A stretch of 64,000 nucleotides of DNA from Octopus vulgaris (taxonomy: Eukaryota), in contig OX597815.1 in the NCBI GenBank assembly GCA_951406725.2, positions 23,808,001 through 23,872,000 of the forward strand, read 5' to 3'. Every line of letters begins with the position of its first letter. Position 1 is the first letter of the stretch. Positions 1-12,567 of this stretch are shown here, one piece after another. The translations under genes were made by a program, and so were the position numbers. Under the pieces are notes generated by a model. That model worked only from the letters and a program-made list of their open reading frames with translations. It ran no database searches and was not told the origin of the DNA.

Positions 1-574
1 CTACAGTAAGCTTTCTCTGTGTCACTCACCAGTAGGTCACTGCCCTCAAGAAATCTGGTGACACTACATTTAACCTGCAAACTATTCAACTGTGTCTGGT
101 GTGAAAAATTTAATACCTAACCTATTTAATCGGCCCGAGTGCTTCCTGTCAGCTTAGGTCATGACTGTATGCATATTCTGTCAACACTGGTGTGCGTCCC
201 TAGAAACAGTTTTGATCTTCTGAAGATGATACCACTCTTCACTCTTCCTCAACCTTCCACATCCAAGCGCCATCCGTTTACAACGTATACGTCTCACGCC
301 AAATCTGCACTAACTTCATGAACAGAAACCTCGAAAGCATTCTCCTGTGGAGGTCGTATCAGTTTTGCTTCCTGCATCGCAAAGACTACTGGCTCTCTTC
401 TTCAAGGTCAGAAAAATGATCCCGTCACCAACAATTAATGACCCCATACAAAGTGCATGTGAGTCACACAACGAAATACTATCTCTACGACACTTCAGAG
501 ATTGCATAAAAATGACTGCTTAACGGATTGATAAGATGTCATTGCCCAGCAGTGCAGTCTACAGACGAGTTGTC

Positions 575-588
575 TCTCCTCCTCCTCC

Positions 589-628
<40 letters not shown>

Positions 629-636
629 TTCTCTCT
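575..636. repeat. (CCT)n/(CT)n microsatellite
   Basis: Visible simple repeat; explains the low-complexity ORFs 495..710 and 536..919. Confidence 0.95.
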
Positions 637-1136
637 CGCTGCCACTCATAACAGACTGGTTTCATTTCTACTTCAACTAGCGACATTCGACCCATTCGTC
701 CCCATCTCAATTATTTCTCCCATTAAGCTTTCACTGCCCCTCTACGCCATTCTTTCATTCCCATCTCTGGAAATTCCAGCCTGTTCATGTGTTTCCTGCA
801 ATCATCAACTCGAGAGCTCTTCTTTAGTGACATTTGAAATTTGCTCTACAAAGGGAGAAGGTATACAAGATGATTTTACTTTTATATGTAGCGAATATCT
901 TTCTGCTGTTAAATGGTAGTGGATTTTATGAACCAATTGGGGTTATTTTTCAGGGCCTCTGTTTATAGGAACAGTGAGGTTTATAGCTGTGAGGTGTATA
1001 GGTTTCGTGTAGCCGATACACGCGGGCAGAACGTCGAGGAGAAACAAAACGTAGTATCATCCACATAATAGAGTGTATAGTTAAAAGAAATACAAGTAAG
1101 TCATTAATGTACGCAAAGAAAAGTATGACGGACATA

Positions 1137-1649
1137 CCGTAAATCCTCGAGTATAATCCGTATTTTTCCCCCAAAATTTAAAGGTCAAAATCCCTAGTGC
1201 GTACTACATATGAGGTTAAAAATGAAAAATATTTTCTAAGCAATGTCTGAGTTTCTATTTGTTGTCTGGCTATGTTTATTCAGACGCATTTTGTGATGTC
1301 GGGCGTGAAAATACCTTAAGCTAAGCCTGAAAGCAATGAAGTCATAAAAGAATCACCCAGTAAGCAACACTTATTAAACGTTATTACTGTTATTACTGTT
1401 ATTTTTTATTTACTGCAAACAAAATGCACAAAAAAGCTACGTTTGCAATCATGTTATATATACAATAATAATAATAAAGGACGTTACCGTATACAGTTTT
1501 ACAAACCAAGGACGTTATATAGACCTCCTTGACTCAAGTTAGAGAAGGGGTGCGTATTATACACAAGGTTTAAGTTTTTCGGAGGTACAGCCCCCTAAAA
1601 ATCCCCTGCGTATTATACTCAAGGGCGGACTATACTCGGGGATTTACGG
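1137..1649. mobile_element. Non-autonomous Tc1/mariner (Tc2/pogo-type) MITE
   Basis: TIRs CCGTAAATCCTCGAGTATAATCCG (from 1137) and CGGACTATACTCGGGGATTTACGG (to 1649), flanked by TA on both sides (1135-36, 1650-51). CCGTA ends with a TA target duplication are typical of TcMar-Tc2. Confidence 0.85.
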
Positions 1650-2822
1650 TAATCTTGTAGTACCCTAGATTTTATGTAATTTGGGTCGGCGAGAACCCAT
1701 CAGTGCACACTGAAATGGAGCAGTCTGACAAAAGTTTTCCCACCTAAAGATGAGATACTAGTGGAACTTCATAGGAGGGCAAGTAAGCGATAAGGTTCTT
1801 ATATTAAACACAAAAAATGTCTCATTGATGTCAAAGATAACAACATTGCTTCCAATGAAATTCTCAAGAGCTAGAGACCAAAGATCTTCAGTAGAATTAA
1901 CTTTACAGAATCCGGTACAAGTAATCACTAAAAAGGGAAATAACTTAAGATAGTGAAAGAAGTAGTTGTTTGTGAATTTTCCACACTGGGATATTATTAC
2001 TTTTCGTTTTTGGATTTGGTTTGCAAGATTCTTTATATGAGTTCGTGTGTTGAAGCATATTCTGTTGTGTCTGGGGAAAGTCGTTTTCTTTTTGTGCCTT
2101 ATAATATAACACACTCACCGGTGAAATTTCCACTTTTTTCTTATTTTTATTTTCCTAAAATTTTCGTTGGCACAAAAAGAAAATGACTCTCCCCAGACAC
2201 ATCAGGATATTATTACTGTTAACGATATATTAGAAAACAAACTTCCAGCGTGAAGTATATATTACATCTAGATATGTAATATATACATACACACTCTCCA
2301 ACATCTGTCCCACAAGCGTGTTGTGTCCTCTCTGTCTTTTCTGTCGCTACGATAATGGTTTCTATTTCTCAGATATGGCTGGTCTCGTAATTCTGTCTCC
2401 CAGACATCCCCGACCGACACGTCTTTCCATTCTTTTGGTTCCACTTGTTGCGTTTAAGCATTCCGGTGCCGCAGAAACCACTATTCCCAGTCCTTCCTCC
2501 ACAGAAGCATCGACCCTTTTGGAATCTTTTTCTTGCTTATGCCATTTCAGTAGGTGCTAACCACATGCAACTGTCTAAATGGGACATTAACGACATCAAG
2601 CTCACTGGTCTGGCGTTATAAAGTGATTACGCAACTGTTACTGTATACTAATATATGTAAGTGAAACACGTGTAAAGATTATGTAATTTGTGATGATATA
2701 AATGAAAAAGACAAAAACATGTAACTGAACTTCCAGTTTTATACTGCTTTTGAATATACATTCTTTAATCTATTGAAATGTATGTAATACCAAACGAAAA
2801 TTTGAGGACAAATTATTCCTTA

Positions 2823-3185
2823 CTAGCACTATGACCCGGCAACGCCGGGTCATAGTGCTAGTGCATGCATATACAGCTGCATGCGTGCGCACATATACGC
2901 GAGTACTGTCCAAATCTCTGACCAATCACATACAGCTAGCTGGCATTCAATTGGCGTATCAAGTTTCGGGCATTTTGATTGGGATTTGGATAGAAAATTT
3001 ACAAAAAGTCACTTCTATTGATTTTTAATGGCTTTGTGGGGTGGCTGGGGGAAATGTAAAGATGTGCATGACCACCCTTGGAAGGTTTTGAATGGCCATA
3101 GAAAGTGCGAGCCCTCTAACTGAAAAATTGTGAATTTGTATAAAGGACACGCACGCAGACATTTTGCCGTTTATATGTAGAGAGA
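2823..3185 (-). mobile_element. Non-autonomous Helitron
   Basis: On the - strand it starts TCTCTCTACATATAAACGGCAAAA and ends in a GC-rich hairpin plus CTAG followed by T. Its 5' part recurs at 35724-35910. Confidence 0.75.
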
Positions 3186-3761
3186 TACCTGACTGGAAGT
3201 TGGACATAGATGAATTTACCTGGAGTTCTAAGCAAAGGTTAACTTACGGTATGTCACTGGAAATAGCAACTTATTCACACACACACACACGTACATACCT
3301 ACGTGCGTATATTAAATCACATTTTGTCGCTCTGTCACGCTGGTTCTCTGTGAGAATTACGTTAAGGGTAGACGTACCTTTGGAATGCTCTGTCACATAT
3401 TAATTCAAGAGCAAGTAATTCAGTTGATCCAATTACAACTGAATCTTCATCGTAGAACGAACCATGTATCATTATTACTATTCAATCTCCCTCCCCTTTC
3501 TCTCCCTCTCTCCTCTATACCCCTCTCTCTTCCCCTCTTCTTTTCCTTTCCTTTCTTGTTCTAAACTCCTTCATTTGTCGTGATAGTTGGCTTTCAAATT
3601 ACATTACGCATTCCCCGTTCTCTTTCTCTTTCTAAAGTATTTTTGATGTTTTTCTTGCGGTACAAATTAGATTCTTGTTATGTAAATTTAATTCTAATCG
3701 AGTGGTGTAAAAAAGCCGGTAAATATTAATATAGAAATAATGTCATCGATAAAATCACACC

Positions 3762-3769
3762 TATGTATG

Positions 3770-3801
<32 letters not shown>

Positions 3802-4180
3802 TGTATGTATGTATGTATGTATGTATGTATGTATGTATGTATGTATGTATGTATGTATGTTCATGTATATATATATATATATATATCGGTTGAACGACAG
3901 AATGATGATTCAAATTCGACTTCTCGCTCTCTCTTTTTCTCTCTCTCCCCCTTTCTCCTCGTAAATGTATGTATGTATGTATGTATGTATGTATGTATGT
4001 ATGTATGTATGATTGTATGAATGTATGCATGTATGTATGTATGTATGCATGCATGCATGTATGTATGTATGTATGTATGTATGCATGAATGCATGAATGT
4101 ATGTATGTATGTATGTATGTATGTATGTATGTATGTATGTATGAATGTATGCATGTATGTATGTATGTATGTATGTATGT
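3762..4180. repeat. (TATG)n microsatellite blocks
   Basis: Visible tetranucleotide repeats at about 3762-3860 and 3966-4180. Confidence 0.95.
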
Positions 4181-4488
4181 AACCGTTAGGTCTGGTGAAA
4201 GGGGCAGTCTCCATGACCTTGGCAAGCCCTCCGAGATTGCTTACGTTCTTTGAACAATTGCACTCTTGCCTTGCGCGAAAGACTCGAACACAGAGGGAGT
4301 TTCAGAGGACTGGTGTTCTTGGAAGGAAGGAGTAGGCATATTGGTTAGTGCGGGGTAAGGGTAATGATAAGAGGAGAGATGAGTGATTCGGTTACGTGTG
4401 GTGGAGAGTTTGCATGGGGCTAGCCAGCATCGAGGAGCAGAGAGCATTACAGTAGTGGTAGAAGAGATAGATATAGGTATATATATAT

Positions 4489-4893
4489 ACTCTTTACTCT
4501 TTTACTTGTTTCAGTCATTTGACTGCGGCCATGCTGGAGCACCGCCTTTAATCGAGCAACTCGACCCCAGGACTTATTCTTTTGTAAGCCCAGTACTTAT
4601 TCTATCGGTCTCTTTTGCCGAACCGCTAAGTAACGGGGACATAAACACATCAGCATCGGTTGTCAAGCAATGCTAGGGGGGCAAACACAGACACACAAAC
4701 ACACACACGCATATATATATATATATACATATATAAGACGGGCTTCTTTCAGTTTCCGTCTACCAAATCCACTCACAAGGCTTTGTTCGGCCCGAGGCTA
4801 TAGTAGAAGACACTTGCCCGAGGTGCCACGTAGTGGGACTGAACCCGGAACCATGTGGTTGGTAAACAAGCTACTTACCACACAGCCACTCCT
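4489..4893 (-). mobile_element. tRNA-derived SINE, family A (octopus OR/CORE-type)
   Basis: Head GGAGTGGCTGTGTGGTAAG...GGTTCAGTCCC (A/B-box-like), CORE-like TCGGGCAAGTG, internal (TA)/(TG) tract and GTAAAAGA tail. Near-identical to 6368, 7503, 17232 and 18977. Confidence 0.9.
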
Positions 4894-4917
4894 ATATATA
4901 TATATATATATACTTAC

Positions 4918-4981
<64 letters not shown>

Positions 4982-5029
4982 AGACAGCTAAACAGACAGA
5001 TAGACAGAGAGAAGAGACAACACGCCTGT

Positions 5030-6270
5030 GGGTCAGAGGCTAAAGCATGTCTGTGAGGAATTTTATGTCAATGAATCGGATGGCCTTTTTCTTGATACGG
5101 TCTAAGCCGTCTGCGTGTGCGACAGCAGCACTGTCCCAGATGTGAGAGCAAAGTCTCTTATGAACCTCACGACAGCTTTGTATAGTGTCAATAATTGCTG
5201 GAACCTGAAATATATTCAGACTCTGAAGAGACGGGCCAATCGTTGGAACATGGTCCTAGCTATATTTAGAATATGCTTTTGTCAGGACAAATCCTCAACA
5301 ATAGCGATGTCCAACATTTGGAGCGATCATCAGTGCTCTAATTGCGTACCACTCGTGAGTAGAGGTGAAGAGCGAAGAGCGATAAGGCTTTCTCGATACG
5401 AATAGCGTGTGTTTTCTTGAGACCAGATTTGGATAACCCCACATGAGGATTCTTTCGAGATCTTTCTTCATAGTATCAACGCAAGTTTGGCAGAGGGTAT
5501 TTAAGTTGCGTGTGATGATGAATGGTTGGGGAAGGTTAGGGAAAAATGGAGTGTAGTATTATTTGCGGAATAGTGTGCGTTGTTGGACATTACGGAGGTA
5601 AGTATGTTGTTCATGTATTGAGGTACGGAATGAGGAAAGTAGCAGATAAAACGAAACCTGGCACCATCATAGCTGATTGAGCTAAGAACGAGAAGAACAC
5701 TGTCAACACACACTGCAATAGTGCGATTCAACTGGAAGCTACCGATCCAAGAAATGAGAGACGTAAGGAACCAATAGGCAGCTTGTAGTTTCGATAGGAG
5801 ATTTGCGTACCAAACATGGTCGAAAGCGTTGCTGCTGTTGAGGTAATGGAACAGATATTATCAGGGCCGGTGACTTTGTTGGTTTGAAGTAACGGAGGTA
5901 CTTAAACACAAGCATGTATGTATGCAAGTTTGTGGATCTGGAACTGTAGGAAGGGAAATATTTGGGGGAGATTGCCCAGGGTTTTGTGTAGAGTTGGCTT
6001 TAAGTAGACGGCTAAAGTGGAAGCATTCTTCGAGAAGATACTACCCACAGATTCATCATTGTAGTGAAGTGGATGAGAAAAGGAATTCTGCAAAGATGGT
6101 GGATTTTTTTTTGGGGGGGGGATGGGCAAGGATTGGCTGTAGTTTGGGAAGAAGAACGCTCGAGGGTTGTACAATGCACGGAAGTAGCTTTCGCTGTTCG
6201 GATAGTAATATTGCAGTAGTTGCGTTCTTGAGTAAACAAAATTCTTCAAGTATTATATTGACCCTTTTTA
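5030..6270 (-). mobile_element. Decayed LINE reverse transcriptase (CR1/Jockey-like)
   Basis: Broken - strand frames KPTKSPALII, ASTLAVYLKPTLHKTL..IFP and NRTIAVCVDSVL...MNNILT..HYSANNTTLH resemble decayed KSPGPD, LAxPL and YADD motifs. Confidence 0.65.
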
Positions 6271-6367
6271 CTTGATGTATATGTATATATAACATAGATA
6301 TATTTATATATAATATATATGTGTATATATAACATAGACATATATATATAACATATGTATACATATA

Positions 6368-6521
6368 GGCGCAGGAGTGGCTGTGTGGTAAGTAGCTTGC
6401 TAACCAACCACATGGTTGCGTGGCATCTTGGGCAAGTGTCTTCTGCTATAGCCACGGGCCGACCAATACCTTGTGAGTGGATTTGGTAGACGGAAACTGA
6501 AAGAAGCATGTCGTATATATG

Positions 6522-6581
<60 letters not shown>

Positions 6582-6790
6582 TGTGTTTGTCCCCTTAGCA
6601 TTGCTTGACAACCGATGCTGGTGTGTTTACGTCCCCGTCACTTAGCGGTTCGGCAAAAGAGACCGATAGAATAAGTACTGGGCTTACAAAGAGTAAGTCC
6701 CGGGGTCGATTTGCTCGACTAAAGGCGGTGCTCCAGCATGGCCGCAGTCAAATGACTGAAACAAGTAAAAGAGTAAAAGAGAGAAAAGAG
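6368..6790 (+). mobile_element. tRNA-derived SINE, family A (B-box region deleted)
   Basis: Starts GGCGCAGGAGTGGCTGTGTGGTAAG, has an internal (TG)n tract and an (AAAAGAGT)n tail. Confidence 0.9.
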
Positions 6791-7257
6791 TATATATTAC
6801 ATAGACAGATGCTGGCATATGAAATACCAAACAACGTAAATTAATGATTTCTTAAAATCATCTCCGCCTCTAGAGGATGTGTAGCAATTATCAAATGGCT
6901 ACTAAGAACAGCTCCATATGAGAAAGGGATATAATCTCAAGAATCAAGAATTTTCCGAAACTGACTTGCCATTAAAGAAAAGGACAGGCTTAATATCTAG
7001 AGATAAGAGGACAATTTTGAACATATATTTCTGCTTTAATGGGGTCATCAGCATGTCAACTATCCTGTATATGTATCAATTTCTTTAATTTCCGGTAACT
7101 TAGTGGTTCATCCGAAGACATCGATAGAATAAGTACCAGATTTTAAAACAGTAAGTACTTGGGTCGATTACTTCAACTAAACACTTCAAGGTGGTTCCCC
7201 AGTGTGGCTGCAGTCCAATGACTGCAACAGATAGAGTACACGCACACTCACACACAC

Positions 7258-7340
<83 letters not shown>

Positions 7341-7502
7341 TAATTAGCAGGGGGTTTCGATCGAATTGTTCCTGAAACTTGTTTTTTTTAATATCTTCTA
7401 CGGATTGCTTGAAACTTTCTAACTTCCTACACCTTGATCCTTGGATCTTACCATTACATATCAATTTTTGGCTAAGCTCAAAGTGTAGTGTATATATATA
7501 TT

Positions 7503-7588
7503 GTACTTATTCTATCGGTTTCTTTTGCCTAACCGCTAGCTACATGGACTTAAACACATCAGCATCGGTTGTCAAGCGATGTTGGGGG

Positions 7589-7636
<48 letters not shown>

Positions 7637-7811
7637 TATACATATATACGACGGGCTTCTTTCAGTTTCCGTCTACCAAATCCAATCACAAGGGTTTGGT
7701 CGGGCCGAGGCTATAGTAGAAGACACTTGTCCAAAGTGTCACGCAGTGGGACTGAACCCGGAACCATGTGGTTGGTAAGCAAGCTACTTACCACATAGCC
7801 ACTCCTGCGCC
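7503..7811 (-). mobile_element. tRNA-derived SINE, family A (3' truncated)
   Basis: Same head and body as the other family A copies. Confidence 0.88.
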
Positions 7812-7853
7812 TATACATATATATGTATATACATACATACATACATACATACA

Positions 7854-7882
<29 letters not shown>

Positions 7883-7884
<2 letters not shown>

Positions 7885-8400
7885 TTAGAGAATGGAGCAG
7901 GTAAAATTCAGGTTACATATGTTCCGTAGATAGCAGAACCTCGGAAGTTGTAATTACTCAACAAGGGGTACTCCACCAGCTACTCATCAGGCCGAAGTAA
8001 AATGAAGGTTACATTATCAAATCCCCTGCAAGTTAACATGGGATCCCTTGACGACAATGTAACCTTCATTTGACAAGGGTATCTTCGGCCTGAGGAGTAG
8101 CTAGCGGGGCACCTCTTGTTCAGTAATTACTACTCCCGAGGTTCTGCTATCTAGGTAACATATGCAGCCTGGATGTTATCTACTCCATTCCCTAAATTTT
8201 GAATGTTTATTCGCATACACACCAACCCATGTTGCTAACAGTGAACTATAGAATAACATTCTTCAGCTTGGGAAACATTTACAACCGTCTACGTCAATAA
8301 ATCACTATTGTCCCTGAAAGTTGCTTTTTATACCTTCTACAGGTTGCTCAAAGCTTACTATCTTCCTATACCTGAATCCTTGGATCTTACCTTTACGTTC
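7883..8400. mobile_element. Penelope-type inverted terminal-repeat remnant with decayed hammerhead in both arms
   Basis: Imperfect inverted repeat spanning 7883-8197. Arms read ggc-CTGATGA-gtag...ctac-GGAAC-atat-GTA (- strand) and ggc-CTGAGGA-gtag...GTAAC-atat-GCA-gcc (+ strand). Same family as 36628-36900. Confidence 0.65.
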
Positions 8401-8403
8401 ATA

Positions 8404-8800
8404 TCTTTATATATAAAGGTGAAGTTGTGTGTTTGTCTCCTACGATTTAGATTCCTAACTACTCCCACATTTTGCGGTGCAGTTTAACCAAAACCGGATA
8501 TCTTATAGTCGTGATTCATATCGAGCCCTTCTGGGTATTAGCGCGCGTCAACGATGAGTCTACGATTTAAAAAAAAATTTACCATGATATTTTTCCATTT
8601 AATGCATTTTTTCGCTATTATATAAGGGAAGTAACTATCTAAAAATATCTACGATGAGTCAACGATTTAAAAAAAAATTTACCATAATTTTTTTTCCATT
8701 TTTAATGCATTTTTTTGCTATTTTTTGGCTATAACTCTCTAAAAATGCTTATATAGTTATTTCCCTTACAAACCTGAGCAACGCCGGGCGATGCTGCTAG
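8404..8800 (+). mobile_element. Non-autonomous Helitron
   Basis: A|TCTTTATATATAAA 5' end, CCTGAGCAACGCCGGG hairpin, CTAG|T 3' end and no target duplication. Contains an internal direct duplication (about 8550-8610 and 8650-8720). Confidence 0.8.
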
Positions 8801-9048
8801 TTATATATATAATAATTTGTATTAAAATTTTTATAATTATATTCTTATCTTATATGTATTGAATTATAATGTATATATGTATTTTATTAAGGGTCTCGTT
8901 TTTGTTAAATGAATAAATAATTCAACATTCTAATATCCAAAAGTTGATGAACAAACTAAATTCTTTCTCCATTTTCTTATTTGTATTATATATATATATA
9001 TATGTGTGTGGGGGGGGAGGGTGCGTGTGCGTGTGTGTGTGTATGTAT

Positions 9049-9079
<31 letters not shown>

Positions 9080-9083
<4 letters not shown>

Positions 9084-10585
9084 TATAGAGAGAGAATTCA
9101 CGAAAGAAAACAAAAGACGATGATAGGTGGTGTAGAAAACAAACAGATGTATTCGTATAACGCTCGGGAATTGAAAAAGTCTTTAACATTTCAAGCCTAC
9201 GCTCTTCCACATAAAGGAACACAGAGAGAAACAAAGAGAGGAAAAAAATGCGTGTAGTGGCTACCGATCTATCATGGCGAATGCCGGACAGAAGGGTTAC
9301 ACAGAAGAGCGAAGAGGTAGGGGAGATAACAAAGTAGTAGTGATCCCAAAACGAAGGTGCGCGTGTGTGTAAGAGAGTACGTATGTGCGTGTGAAAGAGG
9401 GCTGGTGATCTTGACGTGTGCGTGTGTGTATGTGTAGGTGTGAAAATGTGGGGGTGGGAATTGGTCAGTGCTAGTGTGTGGGTGGTGGTGTACTGTGATG
9501 TGATGTGTTGTGTGGTATGGTGTAGTGTGGTGTAATGTTGTTGGGAGGTGGGGAGGCACGGGTGGGGTTTGTGGGAGAGGGTGTAAGGGATGGGATGGGA
9601 AGGATAGGGAAGGTGGAGTAGGAATGTGTAGGGGTGGGGTGGGCTTATGGGAGAAGGTGAAGAGGGAAGGTGGGTATGAGAGAAGAGAGAAAGAAAGTAA
9701 GAGAGAAGAGAGAAAGAGCGTAGGGGTGAAGAGAAGTAGGAGTGAAGAGAAGTAGGAGTGAAGAGAAGTAGGAGTGAAGAGAAGTAGGAGTGAAGAGAAG
9801 TAGGAGTGAAGAGAAGTAGGAGTGAAGAGAAGTAGGAGTTGGAACAAGAGAGGAGAGGTGGGTGGGAGGAAGTAGGAGGGAGGGGGAGAGAGGCAAGGGG
9901 AGGAGGTTAGATGAAGAGGGGAGGAGAGTTGAGCCCATGTGGGACAAAGGAGCGAAGAGAGAAGATTAATCCCTGTTCACGGCACATACAGGAGTTCGGA
10001 TGGCTTCTGTGCAAGAACAATGTGAACACGGACTGGTGTTGCAAAGAAAGATCGGTAGAGCGGAAATGGCGTGAGACCAGGCTGTCATTGACGAGGCGGA
10101 TGTCTCGGAGGTGTTCCGCAAACCGGTTAGCCAAGCGGCGTCCTGTTTGTCTGGTGTACAGAGAATTGCAGAGAGAGCATGAGATGCAATAGATGATATT
10201 GGTAGAAGTGCCGGTGAAGGAGTCGGTGATGTGATAGGGTCGATGATGCATGCCGGTGAGAAGGGTGGTGTTGGAGAGGTAACGACAAGTGCGGCAGCGT
10301 GGGCGGGAGCAGTGGAACGAGCCAGGTTGAGAGGTTGGATTGGGGAAGAAGCTGTTGACCAAGAGGTCTCGTAAGTTGTGGGCTCGTTTGAAGGAGGGGA
10401 GGAGTCGGTTAGGGAAGATGTGTGAAGTGGACGGGTCGGACTGGAGACGCCGGAAAGCTCGGAGAATGGTGCGTTGGAGAGGTAGGGTGGTAGGTGAGGG
10501 GAAAAGGGAGGCGGGAGACTTCAGGGCGGGTTCGGGGGAAGAGAGCAGACGCACGGTCCACGAAAGTGCTCTGGCAAGGGCGGTG
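9080..10585 (-). mobile_element. Penelope-like retroelement remnant (Neptune-type GIY-YIG endonuclease)
   Basis: ORF 9907..10644 contains CSRPRCRTC (Cys-rich linker) followed by NIIYCISCSLCNSLYTRQTGRRLANRFAEH (GIY-YIG). A hammerhead relic lies near 9185-9215 on the - strand. Confidence 0.85.
9721..9839. repeat. 16-bp minisatellite (TAGGAGTGAAGAGAAG), about 7 copies
   Basis: Visible tandem repeat in the 3' region of the Penelope-like remnant. Confidence 0.9.
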
Positions 10586-10744
10586 ATATATATATGTACA
10601 TATATATATATGATGTGTATATATATGCATATATATATGTACATATATATATATGATGTGTATATATATATATATATATATATACTTATATATCTATATA
10701 AATAAATAAATGGAGTTTAACGCAGGTGTAATTCAAATACCTTT

Positions 10745-10832
10745 ACTTCCGACACATGTTTCGAAGATATCACTGATATTATTCCAAAGGATAAAATAGT
10801 GTAAAACAATGTAACCTTCTCTTCAGGGAAGT
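10745..10832 (-). ncRNA. Minimal type I hammerhead ribozyme (intact core)
   Basis: - strand reads ACUUCC-CUGAAGA-GAAGGU...AUCUUC-GAAAC-AUGU-GUC-GGAAGU: 6-bp helix I, helix II, full catalytic core, GUC cleavage triplet and palindromic ACAUGU in helix III. Confidence 0.85.
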
Positions 10833-11925
10833 GAAGAAATGAAACTCGTCAATAAGACATTTTAACAGAAAATGATGAATATGTATAGTGATTAACTGAA
10901 CGCTATTAATATTGTTTGAAAAAACGTTGTATGATATAACGTCAGAAGTAGCCGATAGAAAGAGGAGAGATAAATTAAAGAAAAGTTAAATAAATGAGAA
11001 ATATATGACTATATGTATATTAAATAAAGCCTTATAAACTAGGAAAATATATATTTTTAGTGAATGTGAAATATAAAAAGAAAATTAATGTTTAAATTAT
11101 ACATAATGATAGAGATTACTTATATGAACTAAAGGTGTGTTTTTGCCAATGTTTACATCGGTATGCACGCTCTATAACCGTGTTTGCTAGGGGATTTTTA
11201 GAAAAAATAATGAAAAATAGTTCAGAATTACCAAGAAGACATAATTCTTTGCCTTTGTCATAAGGTATCGAGATTGAGAGACTCAACTAACTAACTAACT
11301 AACCATTCTAAATTAAACTGTTTATTGTGATCTTTTAGATCACAAATTAATTTACTGAGCCCTGTACTGTTACGTTTATTCCTATCCCTAAATATCGAGT
11401 AATGGTTAGAAATTCTTTTAGATAACTGTAAAGACGTGCTTCCAATGTAAAATTGTACTTTATTATGAGTAATAATTTTACACTGGTATATAGAATTTTT
11501 AAGTTTAGAGTTACTTGACATAAACTTGATTCTGTTGGAATTGACTTCAGATACAATAACATTGTTATTAATATTTCTAGAGGGATGGATGGTATTAGCT
11601 AAATTAATGTTAGTATTAGTAAATGTATTAACATTTAACAGGTTGTTATTATGTGAAGAGATAATTTGTAAGAGATTTTTTTGTGTTGGAAAAACCAATC
11701 TTAACTGTATGTGAGTTGATAATAGAGTAATACATAGAATTCTTTGGAAAATTCCTAATAATAGCTTCACGAAACTGCAATGGGAGATTAGATTTAATTT
11801 CTATAGGCTACCTCTGACGTTATATCATGTAACGTTTTTCAAACAATATTAATAGCGTTCAGTTAATCACTATACAAATCCATCATTTTCTGTTAAAATG
11901 TCTTATTGACGAGTTTCATTTCTTC

Positions 11926-12014
11926 ACTTCCCTGAAGAGAAGATTACATTGTTTTACACCATTTTATTCCTTTGGAATAATATCAGTGATATCTTCGAAA
12001 CATGTGTCAGAAGT
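11926..12014 (+). ncRNA. Minimal type I hammerhead ribozyme (second copy in the inverted repeat)
   Basis: ACUUCC-CUGAAGA-GAAGAU...AUCUUC-GAAAC-AUGU-GUC-AGAAGU, with one mismatch in helix I next to the core. Confidence 0.8.
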
Positions 12015-12209
12015 AAAAGTATTTGAATTACACCTGAGTTAAACTCCATTTATTTATTTATATATTATACGAAAAATTTCACGTAAACCTGAAGTTTCTA
12101 CCTTTAAAAACAAGGAGTTACAACCTCTTTATTTGTGTGATTTTTTGCTACCCTGGTAACTATTTAGCTATTTTTTCCGTGTTAATTGTTAATAAGGGAA
12201 AAATACACA

Positions 12210-12313
<104 letters not shown>

Positions 12314-12378
12314 GGTCCCGGGTTGAGTCGGGGTTAGCCACAGTAAATAAGGTACTCAATACATAGCAGAGTAAATTA

Positions 12379-12503
12379 ATTTATTTTATAGAAGGAGCTT
12401 CTACAGGACTAGAAATGTTTCATTCAAATGAAATCATCAGGACATGATGATTTCATTTGAATGAAACAGTTCTAGTCCTGTAGAAGCTCCTTCTATAAAA
12501 TAA

Positions 12504-12505
<2 letters not shown>
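12379..12505. repeat. Near-perfect palindrome between (TA)n tracts, with CTGATGA...GAAAC relic
   Basis: Arms of about 60 bp around a 6-nt centre. The left arm on the - strand reads CCTGATGATTTCATTTGAATGAAAC. Confidence 0.8.

Positions 12506-12567
<62 letters not shown>

Larger units (their letters stand above)
10695..12190 (-). mobile_element. Penelope-like retroelement remnant with inverted terminal repeats and GIY-YIG ORF
   Basis: ORF 11291..11770 contains NSIYQCKI...FYIGSTSLQLSKRISNH...STGLSK (GIY-YIG). Inverted repeats of about 260 bp at 10695-10953 and 11806-12065. Flanked by (TA)n and (CT)n. Confidence 0.88.

Noticed and set aside
3740-4225. MYVC/HTYI repeat proteins
   Set aside because: Translations of (TATG)n.
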